This document shows, one piece after another, positions 1 to 12,633 of a stretch of 64,000 nucleotides of DNA; the first letter of the stretch is position 1, and every line of letters starts with the position of its first letter. The stretch comes from Macrostomum lignano. Taxonomy: Eukaryota. The stretch lies in NCBI GenBank assembly GCA_002269645.1, contig NIVC01001893.1, forward strand, positions 59,070-123,069, in the 5' to 3' direction. A program made the translations under genes and the position numbers. Under the pieces are notes generated by a model. It had not been told where the DNA came from. It searched no databases and saw nothing but the letters and a program-made list of their open reading frames with translations.

Positions 1-552
1 TGCTGCCATAGCTCTAGCCATTGACAATTAAGAAGGTAGTATATAGCATGCATATGAATGTTTTAAGATAATCTTATATAATCTGTGTGCCATCTATGGG
101 CTGTTTCTTTATACTATTTCTGTGTTTTGACATAAATGCAAGTTAGATTAACAAGTAATTATATGTTTTATAATAAATTCTCAGAAAAAATATCTGTATG
201 CTACATGTACTAAGGACCTTAGTAAGCACTGTCACTAGTTCTCAAAGACATTAGAGACTTCTTTTTATGTACAAAAATTTTCTTGATACAGTAATCTAAT
301 TTACTAATAATTATAGTAAAGAATGTACCGTATCTATATAGACTTCCAAACCAAAGTGATTTTTTGAATAACTTATTATATATAGGATCAAGTGAGTATG
401 TATTTATAATAAAAATAGTACTGAATCTTTTGATTTTCAGAGTAATAGTGCAATTTTATTCTAGGTTTTAAAGCTAAAAATGCTTTAATATTATACATTT
501 AGTGACTTTTTTAAAGCTAACTTTTTTACACATCTATTCCTCCTTTGTTTAG

Positions 553-3065
553 ACAAAATCTGCGATCAGGTCAGCGATGCAGTTCTAGATGCCCACCTGA
601 AGCAGGATGCCAATGCTAAAGTGGCCTGCGAGTGCTTCACCAAGACTGGCATGATTATGGTTGGCGGCGAGATCAGCTCAACCGCTATTGTGGATTATCA
701 GCGCGTCATTCGCGAGACAATCCGCCAGATTGGCTACGACGATTCTAGCAAAGGCTTCGATTATAAGACTTGCAATGTGCTAGTGGCGCTTGAAGAGCAG
801 AGCCCGGACATTGCTCAGGGTGTCCACGTCGCCCGAGCTGACGATGACATTGGCGCTGGCGATCAGGGACTTATGTTTGGCTATGCCACCGACGAGACTG
901 AGGAGTGCATGCCGCTCACCATTGTGCTGGCCCATGGGCTCAATGCTAGGCTGGCCCAGTGCAGACGTGACGGCACCCTTCCTTGGCTGAGGCCCGACAC
1001 CAAAACTCAGGTTGGTTGAAGCCAGAGAAAGTCAGTATCAGTATGTGTGCTAATGAGGCTACTTTTGATTCAGTAAAGAGTTGAGGATCTAGAAGCCCTC
1101 TCACCCTAACCCCTAGGTTAAATCATTATTAACCTAGTTGCAAGTTAAGTCAAGTTGCAATTGTAGTTTTGCATCTGGGTGACCTGAAGCAATGCAGAGT
1201 TAAGTGTCTTGCTCAAGGACACGAATTTTTCCAGTGGGTTCGGGAGTGGGATAGTGAGTCCGACGCTAAAATCACTGGGCTACAACCCCCACTAGGCTAC
1301 AACCCCCCACTAGGCTACACCCCCCACTAGGCTACAACCCCCACTAGGCTACAACCCCCCACTAGGCTACACCCCCCACTAGGCTACACCCCCCCACTAG
1401 GCTACAACCCTCCACTAGGCTACAACCCCCCACTAGGCTACAACCCCCCACTAGGCTACAACCCCCCACTAGGCTACAACCCCCCACTAGGCTACATCCC
1501 CCACTAGGCTACAACCCCCCACTAGGCTACAACCCCTATTAATTTGATTAGTTATTGCAAATAATTAATTTGTACAATCGCACAAAATAAAGACACCATC
1601 TCAATTGCGCCAACCCTTAACCCGGCTTCTCAAGGTAACTGTTGAGTACAAAGACGAGAACGGCGCCTGTGTACCGCTGCGCATTCACACCATCGTTGTC
1701 AGCACCCAGCACGACGACAACATCACCCAGGAGAAGCTGCGCCACGATGTTATGGAGCACGTAGTTAAAGCCGTCTGTCCCAAGGAGATGCTGGACGAGC
1801 GCACCGTCTACCATCTGAACCCGTCTGGCCGGTTCGTCATCGGCGGCCCGCAGTCTGACGCGGGTCTCACTGGCCGCAAGATTATCGTTGATACCTACGG
1901 CGGCTGGGGCGCCCACGGCGGCGGCGCATTCTCTGGCAAAGATTTCAGCAAAGTGGACAGATCGGCCGCCTACGCCGCCCGTTGGGTTGCCAAATCGTTG
2001 GTGAAAGCCAAGCTGTGCCGCCGGGTGCTGGTTCAGATCAGCTACGCCATCGGCGTCGCCAAACCGCTGGCCGTCTATCTCAACTCCTACGGCACCGGCG
2101 CCAAGTCTGACGAGGAACTGCTGCGGATTGTTGAGACCAACTTCGACCTGCGGCCTGGCCGGATTGTCAAGTGAGTGAAAACTCATGGTTGCTCAGCTGT
2201 TTTGGGTCAAGACTCTCAGATTCTTATTTGCTAAATACTTAACTCCGCCGCAGGCTCAGCACAAAGCTTATCCTCTCTCTCCCAGACCCTTCAAACTTCA
2301 AAGTTAATCGCTCTTTCTCAGATCCTTCACAAGAAAAATCATCTTCCTCCCAGATCCTTCGAAGATAATCCGCTCCCTCTTAGAGCCCAGGATCCTTCAA
2401 AGATAATCCGCTCCCTCCCAGATCATTCAAAAGATAATCCGCTCCCTACCAGATCATTCAAAAGATAATCCGTTCCCTCCCAGATCATTCAAAAGATAAT
2501 CCGCTCCCTCCCAGATCATTCAAAGATAATCCGCTCCCTCCCAGATCATTCAAAAGATAATCCGTTCCCTTCCAGATCCTTCAAAGATAATCCGCTGAGT
2601 CCATACATGCGCAACCTTGGGAATCACCCGGCCGTTTCTATTGGCAACACATACATGTAAGTCGCTATTGGCTGAGAGCAGTCACGTGACTACTATTCTG
2701 TCCAATAGCGACATACATGTGTGTGTTGCCAATAGAAACGGCCGAGTGAATCCCAAGGTTGCGCCCAAGCATGATCCGCTCCCTCCGATCATTCATGAGG
2801 ATCCACCCTCAGATCCCTCTGAACACTAACCCCTAATCAGACACTGCCTGATTTGCCAAGTTCAAGTTAAAATGTATGCATGAAATGTATTAAAATGCAA
2901 AAATTTCACTCCTAAATGATGCAACGCTTGACTAATCCCAAACTCCTAATCCCCACCCGCAGGGACCTGGAGCTCCGCAAGCCGATCTACCAGAAGACCT
3001 CGTGCTACGGCCACTTCGGCAATCCGGAATTCTCCTGGGAGATGGCAAAGGAGCTGCAATTTTAA
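553..3065 (+). CDS. MAT: S-adenosylmethionine synthetase (methionine adenosyltransferase), 5'-partial; exons 553-1010, 1635-2170, 2963-3065
   Basis: Spliced translation gives [68 protein letters not shown] and [12 protein letters not shown]; phases at the GT-AG junctions match. The N-terminal FTSESV..GHP exon is not in the window. Confidence 0.97.
1135..1290 (-). mobile_element. tRNA-derived SINE-like fragment in MAT intron
   Basis: Minus strand reads GGTTGTAGCCCAGTGATTTTAGCGTCGGACTC (A-box/tRNA-like head), then GTGTCCTTGAGCAAGACACTTAACTCTGCATTGC, resembling the conserved post-tRNA segment of CORE/V-type SINEs, and ends in a short (ACTTG)-like tail. The B box is degenerate. Confidence 0.6.
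1273..1536. repeat. 17-18 bp minisatellite (GGCTACAACCCCC[C]ACTA), ~14 copies
   Basis: Direct tandem copies in the MAT intron. Confidence 0.95.
2320..2597. repeat. 30-31 bp minisatellite (GATAATCCGCTCCCTCCCAGATCATTCAAA[A])
   Basis: Roughly 8-9 tandem copies, degenerate at the 5' end, in the last MAT intron. Confidence 0.9.
2602..2773. mobile_element. Foldback MITE with CATACATGCGCAAC terminus
   Basis: 63-bp inverted arms at 2609-2671 and 2702-2764 (4 mismatches). The left end matches the TIR of the elements at 7799 and 12634; the right terminus is corrupted and no TSD is seen. Confidence 0.8.
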
Positions 3066-5301
3066 AACTGCGTCAGTTTCTTCTCTTTAACATCGTCAAT
3101 AATAGGATATTAATGGAACAGTGAAGCTGATAGTAACGTTTCGATAATATGATTAGCAGATTTGACTAACTCGAAAAGTACAGTGCTGCTTTCACCAACC
3201 TACCGGCAACAAGCTAATCCAAACTCATTAAAATACTCGTGGAAAAGTGCTTTTTAAACATTTCTTTAGCATTGGCTCTGTCAGTCCGACACTGCCACCA
3301 CTTAATCAGCGAGCTATTTTGTTTGCTTGTTTGTTTAACTGCATTCATCTATTTCCTTACATATGTACTGTAAGTAGTTGACATAGATACTTACAAGATT
3401 ATAAAGTATTTTCGGGCCAACTCAATTCCAGTTTTACTAAAATAACAGTAAAGCAATAAGTTTTTTAACTACTGATGCCTCTTGGTGTATAGCTATTGAT
3501 TTTTCTCATTAATTTTCTCTATTTGATTAAAAAAACGCGGGTAATTAAGATTCATATTTTACGTTATTAAATTAACTTTACTCCCAATTAAATTTGAGTC
3601 GTGTGCTCAGCCTGATAAAGGGCTTTACATAGCAGTTTTCTATCTTGCAATAGCATTCTGCTCCCAGATCCATACCATTATCTTACTGGTTGCCTTTTAA
3701 CTACTTATTATTATTTTCATTTTGCTACTATTAATTTTGTAATCTCGGTATTCCATGATGTTTGCAGTTCCGTTTGTTTACCTTCCAGTGCGCGAGATTC
3801 AATAAGGTTTTCTGTCTTGATCTTGTGCCAAGACTTGACAACTAAACAGAAAGGGGTTGTTTTTAATAAGTTTTTTATCTAAGTTTTGCGGAATTTGCTG
3901 TCAGCAAGCTGTGCTGCTCTTCGAGAGTCAAAGCTCTTAATAACCGTTTTTGCCTGTCACAAGGAGTAATAAAATAAACGAACATCTTATTGCGAATGCG
4001 AAAGCATCAAATCTTTAAAAACGCTGACTTCATAGATAATTACGAGCCGTAATTATGCATAGTTCGTTACAATGTACATTTTTACAGAGGCCTGATGGAA
4101 CCCTGATGGAATTTTTGCATCACAATTTGCAGTACCGCTGTAGATTGATTATTTACATGTTGTACATATCACGTGTATATGCAAGCATATTTTGTAAGAC
4201 ATTTATACTCGTACTCAGCAACGCAGAAACCACCACCCTTGGACAGGGAGCCAGAGTTAAAAACATTTCGCCCCCACTTGCAGTGTAGTGAGCGAAGTCA
4301 GTCGCTCGGCCAATACTGGGGGTTTTCAATTTTGCGTATTGTATATCCAAGGCTGAATAATAGGTTTTTTATTCTTAGGGGGGGGGGGGGTAACCGGGGG
4401 TTACAACGCCACCTCCCATACCTAGAATATTAAGCTATGTATGCAGTTGTAACTCGATCAGTACAGTTGGCGCCCTGTCTGCGTAATGCGTACGTATCCG
4501 GGCGCACCTGCTCAAGGGTAAGGCGGAATGAGCAGTAATGCCTCTCGCCGGTTTGGGTGACCCTCGAAACAAAAGTTGGCGTTATAACGAAGATTGTTTT
4601 GTGATTATCTTTGATCTTGTTTACAAAGCCTTCACTGCTTTCAAACGCTAAATACGTGTAACAATTTTATCTACTTACATCATGCATGTACCGTACATGC
4701 ATTATGATGTACGCAATGCATGCACACTTAAAAAGCATTATCAGGCTGACGATCTGACTCTAATTCTTTAGAAGTATTCGCAGAATTAGCTAATTCAAAA
4801 GCCTACTTTGCCTTAGTTACTAAATTAAAACAAAAACACTTGACACACGTGTTTGTTAATATTTTTAAGTTAATAAGTGATACTTACCACTTTTAGCATA
4901 GACTTAAGATACATTTTAATTTCTATAAATTGTAAATTACTACAAACAAATAAATGTTTGCTTCGTAGAAACCCAAATTACATGACCGAATGAATTTAAA
5001 ATTTTGTCGTGCACGCATTCGCATTTCTATCGAATAAAATTTATAACCACGCTGCCACGCTTACAAGTACATAACTAGTGGTGGGAAGCTTAGTGTGTAG
5101 CAAAAAATCGCAGTTTATTTTTATGACAAAATCGTATAATAATTAGAACCTGTTATTACTAACTTTCTATTTTTTAGCCTTCGATTCTGGGAATTTATAA
5201 AGCTTTAGTTAGGCCCTAACTTGATTTTGGGACACGTTTTTCTCACTAAAATTGTATAGCCTAGCCTGTACGTCAAAGAGAAAGTCGGTATAATAGCCAA
5301 A

Positions 5302-8300
5302 ATGCATGTCAGTACCTATTTTAGTCTTAGACCATCATCCATGTTATGGTATTTGCTTATGATTCTTGCAAGGCTTAGGGATGATATGGTCTCTTTTATA
5401 AGGCTCTTTATTTTTAGGTTTCCCTTTTCTTACTTTTGGGAGAAGTCAAATAACCTTGTACTTTATATACACAATGCTACTAGAGACTTGACAAAAATAC
5501 CAAAGCATATATCTTTCATTGTCATGGAAGATGATGTTGATGTTGCTGCATTAAGTGAAGCAGTTGTATGGTGTATAGTATTAGGCATTTCATGTATCAG
5601 TATTGCTGACAAACAAGGTAAGAATTAATATACCTAATTTTAATTAATATTATTATAAAGCTTCTTTTTGTGTTTTTAGGCATTCCTTCGGTTTATGATC
5701 ATCCCAAACAATGATGATCACCTTAAACAGTGATGATCACTACAAAAAAACAGTTGTACGACATAACTTACAACAACAGGATTGTTGTAGCACCTTATAT
5801 TTCACCTTTGGTTTACAATCACCCAAATGTATGTTGCCCATTGAAATGATTGTGAATTGAAGCTGGCCATTAGAAAGTGTACTAATTTTCTGTACAAAAG
5901 GGTTGACATGCTTTTCTATAGCTAGTTTTGGTTCATGATCATTTCAATGGAGTGCATGTGTAGAAGTGATCATAAACCAAAAGTGAAGGGGATGCGGCAC
6001 TAAAGTTGATATGCTTTCCTACATTTAGCTTTGGATGATTGAAAAGCAAAGGTTATATATTATAAGCTACTAATGAACCAATGTACAATCTTTTCAATTT
6101 TAAATAAACAAGTTAGTTGATTAGCCAATGCTTACCTAAATAGAATTTCTTCTTTAGTAGGCCAATTGATTATTTTGTTTGATTTTTTGTCTAGATTCTA
6201 TAGTAGTATATGCTAGAACAAATATCCTATCTTAGTTAAATGTATGCTAGTATTTATGCCAAAAACTTAAAATAATATGGTATTCTATAAATAATTAGCC
6301 CCCTATAGTAACTTCTACACTATGGTATATAAATGAATGAAAAATTATATACACATTTATATCTATAGTCCGGATCATGCTGGGTGTATGCCCAAACAAA
6401 AATTGATAATTGATTGATATCAATTAATACATGCCAAAAAATTGAGTGCATGCCCATTCCTAAAACTCCACTGGTGTTGTGACAATAAATGTTTTACTTT
6501 TTTACATTGTGACAATAAATGACCTTTTTTCATTGCATAATAGACCCTTTTTTGAAAGATTTGGTTAATTTTTCTGCTTTTTGGCAATACTTTTTATAGT
6601 AGAAAATTGATGCATGCAAAGATTTGTTTAAATGCCTTATTACGAGATTAAAAACCCAGAAAGTGGGAAATTTATGCCTAAAAATGAACTTTTTTCACCT
6701 GTTTTCTACTTCACAACCCTATAGGAAAAAAAGTAGTAAAACTGCAGATGGCGGATGGAATGGAATAGGAATGGATGGAATAGATGGAATGGATGGAATA
6801 GTAGTCATGTGACTGCTCTTAGCCAATAGCAACTTACATGTGTATGTTGCCAATAGAAATGGCTGGGTACACATGTATGGTGGCATATAAGTAACTATAG
6901 ACCTCTACAAAGACTTAAAAAGTTTAAATCTGTATGTTACTTAAATGCTACCAGATATTATACCTTATTCTCTTTTTCTGCCCCTTCTCATTCTAAAGTC
7001 TAACTTTTTGTTGAACAAATTATACTGCATATTGAGTTGAACATAAAAATTTTATGAAGTTTGCTTTTTGCTTTTATAAAAACTACTTTACTCTTTATCA
7101 AAACAATTCTTTGTCAGTTGACTCCATATTGGAACAAATTTGAGAAAACCCATGGATATGTCCATGGATAGATCCACATTCCCTATGTTCCCTACACATC
7201 CCTATTTTAATATTCATAAAACATTTTTGCTTTTGAAAATAGTAATATTTTTTCTTATAATTAAGCTATTTGAATTTTAAAAAATTACAATACTTGATAA
7301 AACAAAACCCTGTAAATACTAGATGCTTTTCATGCATTTGCATGAAAAGCTAAAAAAATCTATCAAAAGTGTTCATTACTTTCTGTTTTTTTATTTTGTT
7401 AAAATTTATCCTTTTATCAAATGCACTTTTTTTAACAGGCCTTCTAAGCCGACACAGGCATCAGTTGGATCGTTTAGTAACCAGCAGACTGTATGAGTTG
7501 AACCTGCCAGCAAAGGCTGTCGTCTGTCAGCCGCTGACAGACACTGTCAGCTCTGACACCAGCGGCGGTGTTGCAATCTCTGTTGTCCTTCTATCGCCCG
7601 CCACTGGCCGCCAACTTCTAGCCACTGCAGCCGTGGCCTTAGCTACTGCTGATGCTACTACTGAAAGTAGCAGTGCAAATTCGACAATGGAGATTAAGAA
7701 TCACCAAGAGGAAATCAGTTATCAAGGTGTTAGCGTTGAACAGTTGGATAACAAATTGCGAGGTATGTTGCCAAGTAGAAGCTATTAATGTTAGTAATCA
7801 TACATGCGCAATCCAGTCGGCTGGCTAAGGGCCCAGCTATGGTAACTCGTGAAAATGCCTATCCCAGAATACAGACCTAGGACTGATTAGATGACGAGGC
7901 ATTTAGCCTTTAGTAATACAGTTATAGTTACTCCTACCGTTTACCCAAAATATGATCATTTTGCTTACTCGTAGGTTTCTTTCATAGGTAAGTCGCACGG
8001 CCGGTGTAAAATCAGGGGGGTTGCGCATGTATGGCCACTGAGTCTGTGTATGTATGTGTAGCTACTAATTAGTAAAATTATATAATTACTTTTGAATTGA
8101 ATCGATTAATCTACGAATGGAAAAGTTGAAAATAGTTGGTATTCAATTTATTTGATCAGGTGGCATGTGTTTTAGGTATTATAGAAATACTTTTTGAATA
8201 GGGATATAGTATTATTTGACCAGGTGTTTATGCTCCTAATTTGTGCATGCTTGACAAAATTTTTAGGGCCAGGTGAATTCTAAATTACAGTGCTGTGCTG

Positions 8301-11016
8301 CAGCCAGCGTGTGCTGTTTGACTTTCTATTCTAATATAAATTGCGCTTTCAGATTTTTAATCGTTCTTTCAGGCCTTGTAATTTTTATTCAACACATTTA
8401 TGCACTAATATTGCTGTTATAAATGTATTGTTAAATTAAAGATTATGGAAAACTCACAGGGGTCACTAAGGGGAGAATCGGTGTGACTCGCAGAGGGGTC
8501 ACTAAGGGGGACAATCGGTGACTCACAGGGGTCACTAAGGGGGAGAATCGGTGACTCACAGGGGTCACTAAGGGGGAGAATCGGTGTGACTCGCAGAGGG
8601 GTCACTAAGGGGGAGAATCGGTGACTCACAGGGGGGTTACTAAGGGGGAGAATCGGTGACTCACAGGGGGGTTACTAAGGGGGACAATCGGTGACTCACA
8701 GGGGTCACTAAGGGGGAGATCGGTGACTCACAGGGGGTTACTAAGGGGAGAATCGGTGACTCACAGGGGGTCACTAAGGGGGAGAATCGGTGACTCACAG
8801 GGGTCACTAAGGGGGACAATCGGTGACTCACAGGGGTCACTAAGGGGGAGAATCGGTGACTCACAGGGGGGTTACTAAGGGGGAGAATCGGTGACTCACA
8901 GGGGTCACTAAGAGGGAGAATCGGTGACTCACAGGGGTCACTAAGGGGGAGAATCGGTGACTCACAGGGGTCACTAAGGGGGAGAATCGGTGACTCACAG
9001 GGGTCACTAAGGGGGACAATCGGTGACTCACAGGGGTCACTAAGGGGGAGAATCGGTGACTCACAGGGGTCACTAAGGGGGAGAATCGGTGACTCACAGG
9101 GGGGTTACTAAGGGGGAGAATCGGTGACTCACAGGGGTCACTAAGAGGGAGAATCGGTGACTCACAGGGGGGTTACTAAGGGGGAGAATCGGTGACTCAC
9201 AGGGGGGTTACTAAGGGGGAGAATCGGTGACTCACAGGGGGGTCACTAAGGGGGAGAATCGGTGACTCACAGGGGTCACTAAGGGGGACAATCGGTGACT
9301 CACAGGGGTCACTAAGGGGGACAATCGGTGACTCACAGGGGTCACTAAGGGGGAGAATCGGTGACTCACAGGGGGGTTACTAAGGGGGAGAATCGGTGAC
9401 TCACAGGGGTCACTAAGAGGGAGAATCGGTGACTCACAGGGGTCACTAAGGGGAGAATCGGTGACTCACAGGGGTCACTAAGGGGAGAATCGGTGACTCA
9501 CAGGGGTCACTAAGGGGGACAATCGGTGACTCACAGGGGTCACTAAGGGGGAGAATCGGTGACTCACAGGGGTCACTAAGGGGGAGAATCGGTGACTCAC
9601 AGGGGGGTTACTAAGGGGGAGAATCCGTGACTCACAGGGGTCACTAAGAGGGAGAATCGGTGACTCACAGGGGGGTTACTAAGGGGGAGAATCGGTGACT
9701 CACAGGGGGTTACTAAGGGGGAGAATCGGTGACTCACAGGGGTCACTAAGGGGAGAATCGGTGACTCACAGGGGGGTTACTAAGGGGGAGAATCGGTGTG
9801 ACTCGCAGAGGGGTCACTAAGGGGGAGAATCGGTGACTCACAGGGGGGTTACTAAGGGGGAGAATCGGTGACTCACAGGGGTCACTAAGGGGGAGAATCG
9901 GTGACTCACAGGGGGGTTACTAAGGGGGAGAATCGGTGTGACTCGCAGAGGGGTCACTAAGGGGGAGAATCGGTGACTCACAGGGGGGTTACTAAGGGGG
10001 AGAATCGGTGACTCACAGGGGTCACTAAGGGGGAGAATCGGTGACTCACAGGGGTCACTAAGGGGAGAATCGGTGACTCACAGGGGGTTACTAAGGGGGA
10101 GAATCGGTGACTCACAGGGGGGTTACTAAGGGGGACAATCGGTGACTCACAGGGGTCACTAAGGGGGAGATCGGTGACTCACAGGGGGGTTACTAAGGGG
10201 AGAATCGGTGACTCACAGGGGGTTACTAAGGGGGAGAATCGGTGACTCACAGGGGTCACTAAGGGGGAATCGGTGACTCACAGGGGTCACTAAGGGGGAG
10301 ATCGGTGACTCACAGGGGGATCACTAAGGGGGAGAATCGGTGACTCACAGGGGGGTCACTAAGGGGAGAATCGGTGACTCACAGGGGTCACTAAGGGGGA
10401 GATCGGTGACTCACAGGGGGTCACTAAGGGGAGAATCGGTGACTCACAGGGGGTTACTAAGGGGAGAATCGGTGACTCACAGGGGTCACTAAGGGGGAGA
10501 TCGGTGACTCACAGGGGGGTCACTAAGGGGGAGAATCGGTGACTCACAGGGGGGTTACTAAGGGGGAGAATCGGTGACTCACAGGGGGGTCACTAAGGGG
10601 GAGAATCGGTGACTCACAGGGGGGTCACTAAGGGGGAGAATCGGTGACTCATGGATTCTGCGAAGGTAGTATTTGAACTGAAGCAGTGGAATTCCAGATA
10701 TTTGGCCTATTTAATGAACGAATTTTCACTCGAAAATATTCAAACCGCCGTAACAGAACTCTCTGGGCTGACTGACGCCGACCTGGCATTCCGCATCGGA
10801 CCAACCGATTCTCTGTTCCTGCCGTCTCCTTGGCATTTTCGATTGGCCGAATTCTAGTAAGCTACTGTTAGTAGAAAAATTGCGTTTTTCCATTTCATAT
10901 TAATCTATGGTTATTTTTATTTTAGCCAAGTGTCCAGTCAGAAGGCGCTTCGCCCGGAGATCTTCGTCGCCGGTCTGCGGTTCTATTCTGGGGTTGATCA
11001 GCGACTTGGAAAATGA
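5302..11016 (+). CDS. NUS1: Dehydrodolichyl diphosphate synthase complex subunit NUS1 / Nogo-B receptor; exons 5302-5617, 7439-7762, 10757-10856, 10926-11016
   Basis: KIPKHISFIVMEDD..VVWCIVLGISCISIADKQG, DADLAFRIGPTDSLFLPSPWHFRLAEF and the C-terminal DQRLGK* (RxG motif). Junction phases 1/1/2 are consistent. Confidence 0.9.
6796..6879 (-). mobile_element. Partial second copy of the foldback MITE
   Basis: Reverse complement matches 2602-2700 (CATACATG...CCCAGCCATTTCTATTGGCAAC...GCTATTGGCTAAGAGCAGTCACATGACTACTATTC) with an internal deletion. Confidence 0.75.
7799..8033 (-). mobile_element. hAT-type MITE carrying a 28S rRNA-like segment (copy 1)
   Basis: TIRs CATACATGCGCAA / TTGCGCATGTATG. The interior is homologous, in reverse orientation, to 12634-12932. 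No TSD recognisable. Confidence 0.8.
8453..10650. repeat. ~33 bp minisatellite (GGTGACTCACAGGGGTCACTAAGGGGGAGAATC), ~66 copies
   Basis: Tandem array filling NUS1 intron 2; units vary mainly in G-run length. Confidence 0.97.
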
Positions 11017-11396
11017 TTGAATTAATTTCATTTCAAACTGATATGCACTGATGTGTTTAAACTGACACGATTACATTAGTCCATCCCTTAGCCCCGAAAC
11101 CCTAATCGATTTCGTATTTGTTACTTCTTTGCCTATCTTTTCGTACGGTGTCTCTCTCTAACTGTCTACAAATACAATATACATACCATTCTACTCACAA
11201 TGTAGTTGTTAGCTAGTAGTATATAGTAGATTCTTCTTCGGCCATCAATAATAATACATTTCTGTTTTTGCTTACCTATTTGCATTGACTGTCCTCGCGT
11301 GCACACAAAGTTGCATTGTGAATGTTGTTTGAATTTTTGCATTATCTTTGTCTTTGTGTTGGATGGCCATTGTTCTGATTTTGTAATTGTATCCCT

Positions 11397-11937
11397 ACTT
11401 GCTGGGCCATCCTCCCAGACCCTCAGTTGCTAGGCCAGCCTCCCAGATCCCCAGTTGCTGGGCCAGCCTCCCAGATCCCCAGTTGCTGGGCCAGCCTCCC
11501 AGATCCCCAGTTGCTGGGCCAGCCTCCCAGATCCCCAGTTGCTGGGCCAGCCTCCCAGATCATCAGTTGCTGGGCCAGCCTCCCAGATCGTCAGTTGCTG
11601 GGCCAGCCTCCCAGATCCTCAGTTGCTGGGCCAGCCTCCCAGATCGTCAGTTGCTGGGCCAGCCTCCCAGATCCTCAGTTGCTGGGCCAGCCTCCCAGAT
11701 CGTCAGTTGCTGGGCCAGCCTCCCAGATCGTCAATTGATGGGCCAGCCTCCCAGATCCTCAGTTGCTGGGCCAGCCTCCCAGATCGTCAGTTGCTGGGCC
11801 AGCCTCCCAGATCGTCAATTGATGGGCCAGCCTCCCAGATCGTCAGTTGCTGGGCCAGCCTCCCAGATTCTCAGTTGCTGTGCCAGCCTCCCAGATCCTC
11901 TGTTGCTGTGCCAGCCTCCCAGATCCTCAGTTCCCAG
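11397..11937. repeat. 28-bp satellite (CCAGCCTCCCAGATCCTCAGTTGCTGGG), ~19 copies
   Basis: Tandem copies ~380 bp downstream of the NUS1 stop; same unit as 53950-59008 and 61718-62498 but in the opposite orientation. Confidence 0.97.
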
Positions 11938-12633
11938 ATCCAAGACCTAAATGCTTGTGTCACTTAGTGCCAAAAGGTCAGATTTGGAGCCTGTGTGACA
12001 GGTTTTTATATAAGTAGTAGATTATATAAACCAAAAAGTGTTCCAATAAAGACGACTAAATACATATCGAAAGTCAATGTTATGTTATGGAACACTATTT
12101 CTTTATGGCCGCACTTACCAGTTTTATTTCATATTATTTCCTCTTGGCTTTGAAATGGCATCATTAATCTTCATTGGGTTTTCAAGTATCGACTAGATAA
12201 TAGCTTTCAACTTCTCAATCTATATTCGGTTGCTGGGAGCCTATATTGTCCTCCTAGATATCAGTGGTTTTGTACTTCTATACGCAATGTATAATATAAT
12301 GCTTACTGCTATGGGTCATTTTGCACTTCTGTTTCTTATACATTTTTCTCTAGATAAAGTCAATTTTTTTCATTTTTGAAGTCCGACAGTCGATACAACA
12401 AAATGCCTGTTAAATCAATAAAAAAATTCGCTTTATTGTCTTGCTGGCACGTTTCAATCGTATTTTGCTTATTAATTAGGAAAATTTACTGATTAATTTA
12501 TCGTTGTTGTTGTTTATTATTAATTGATTAAATTAAATTAACATTGCAGCAATCGGAGCAGGATAAATACATTATTGCCTGTATGTATATTCTAAACTAT
12601 TTTCTATAGACGCAAGAAATATATAATTTCTGT

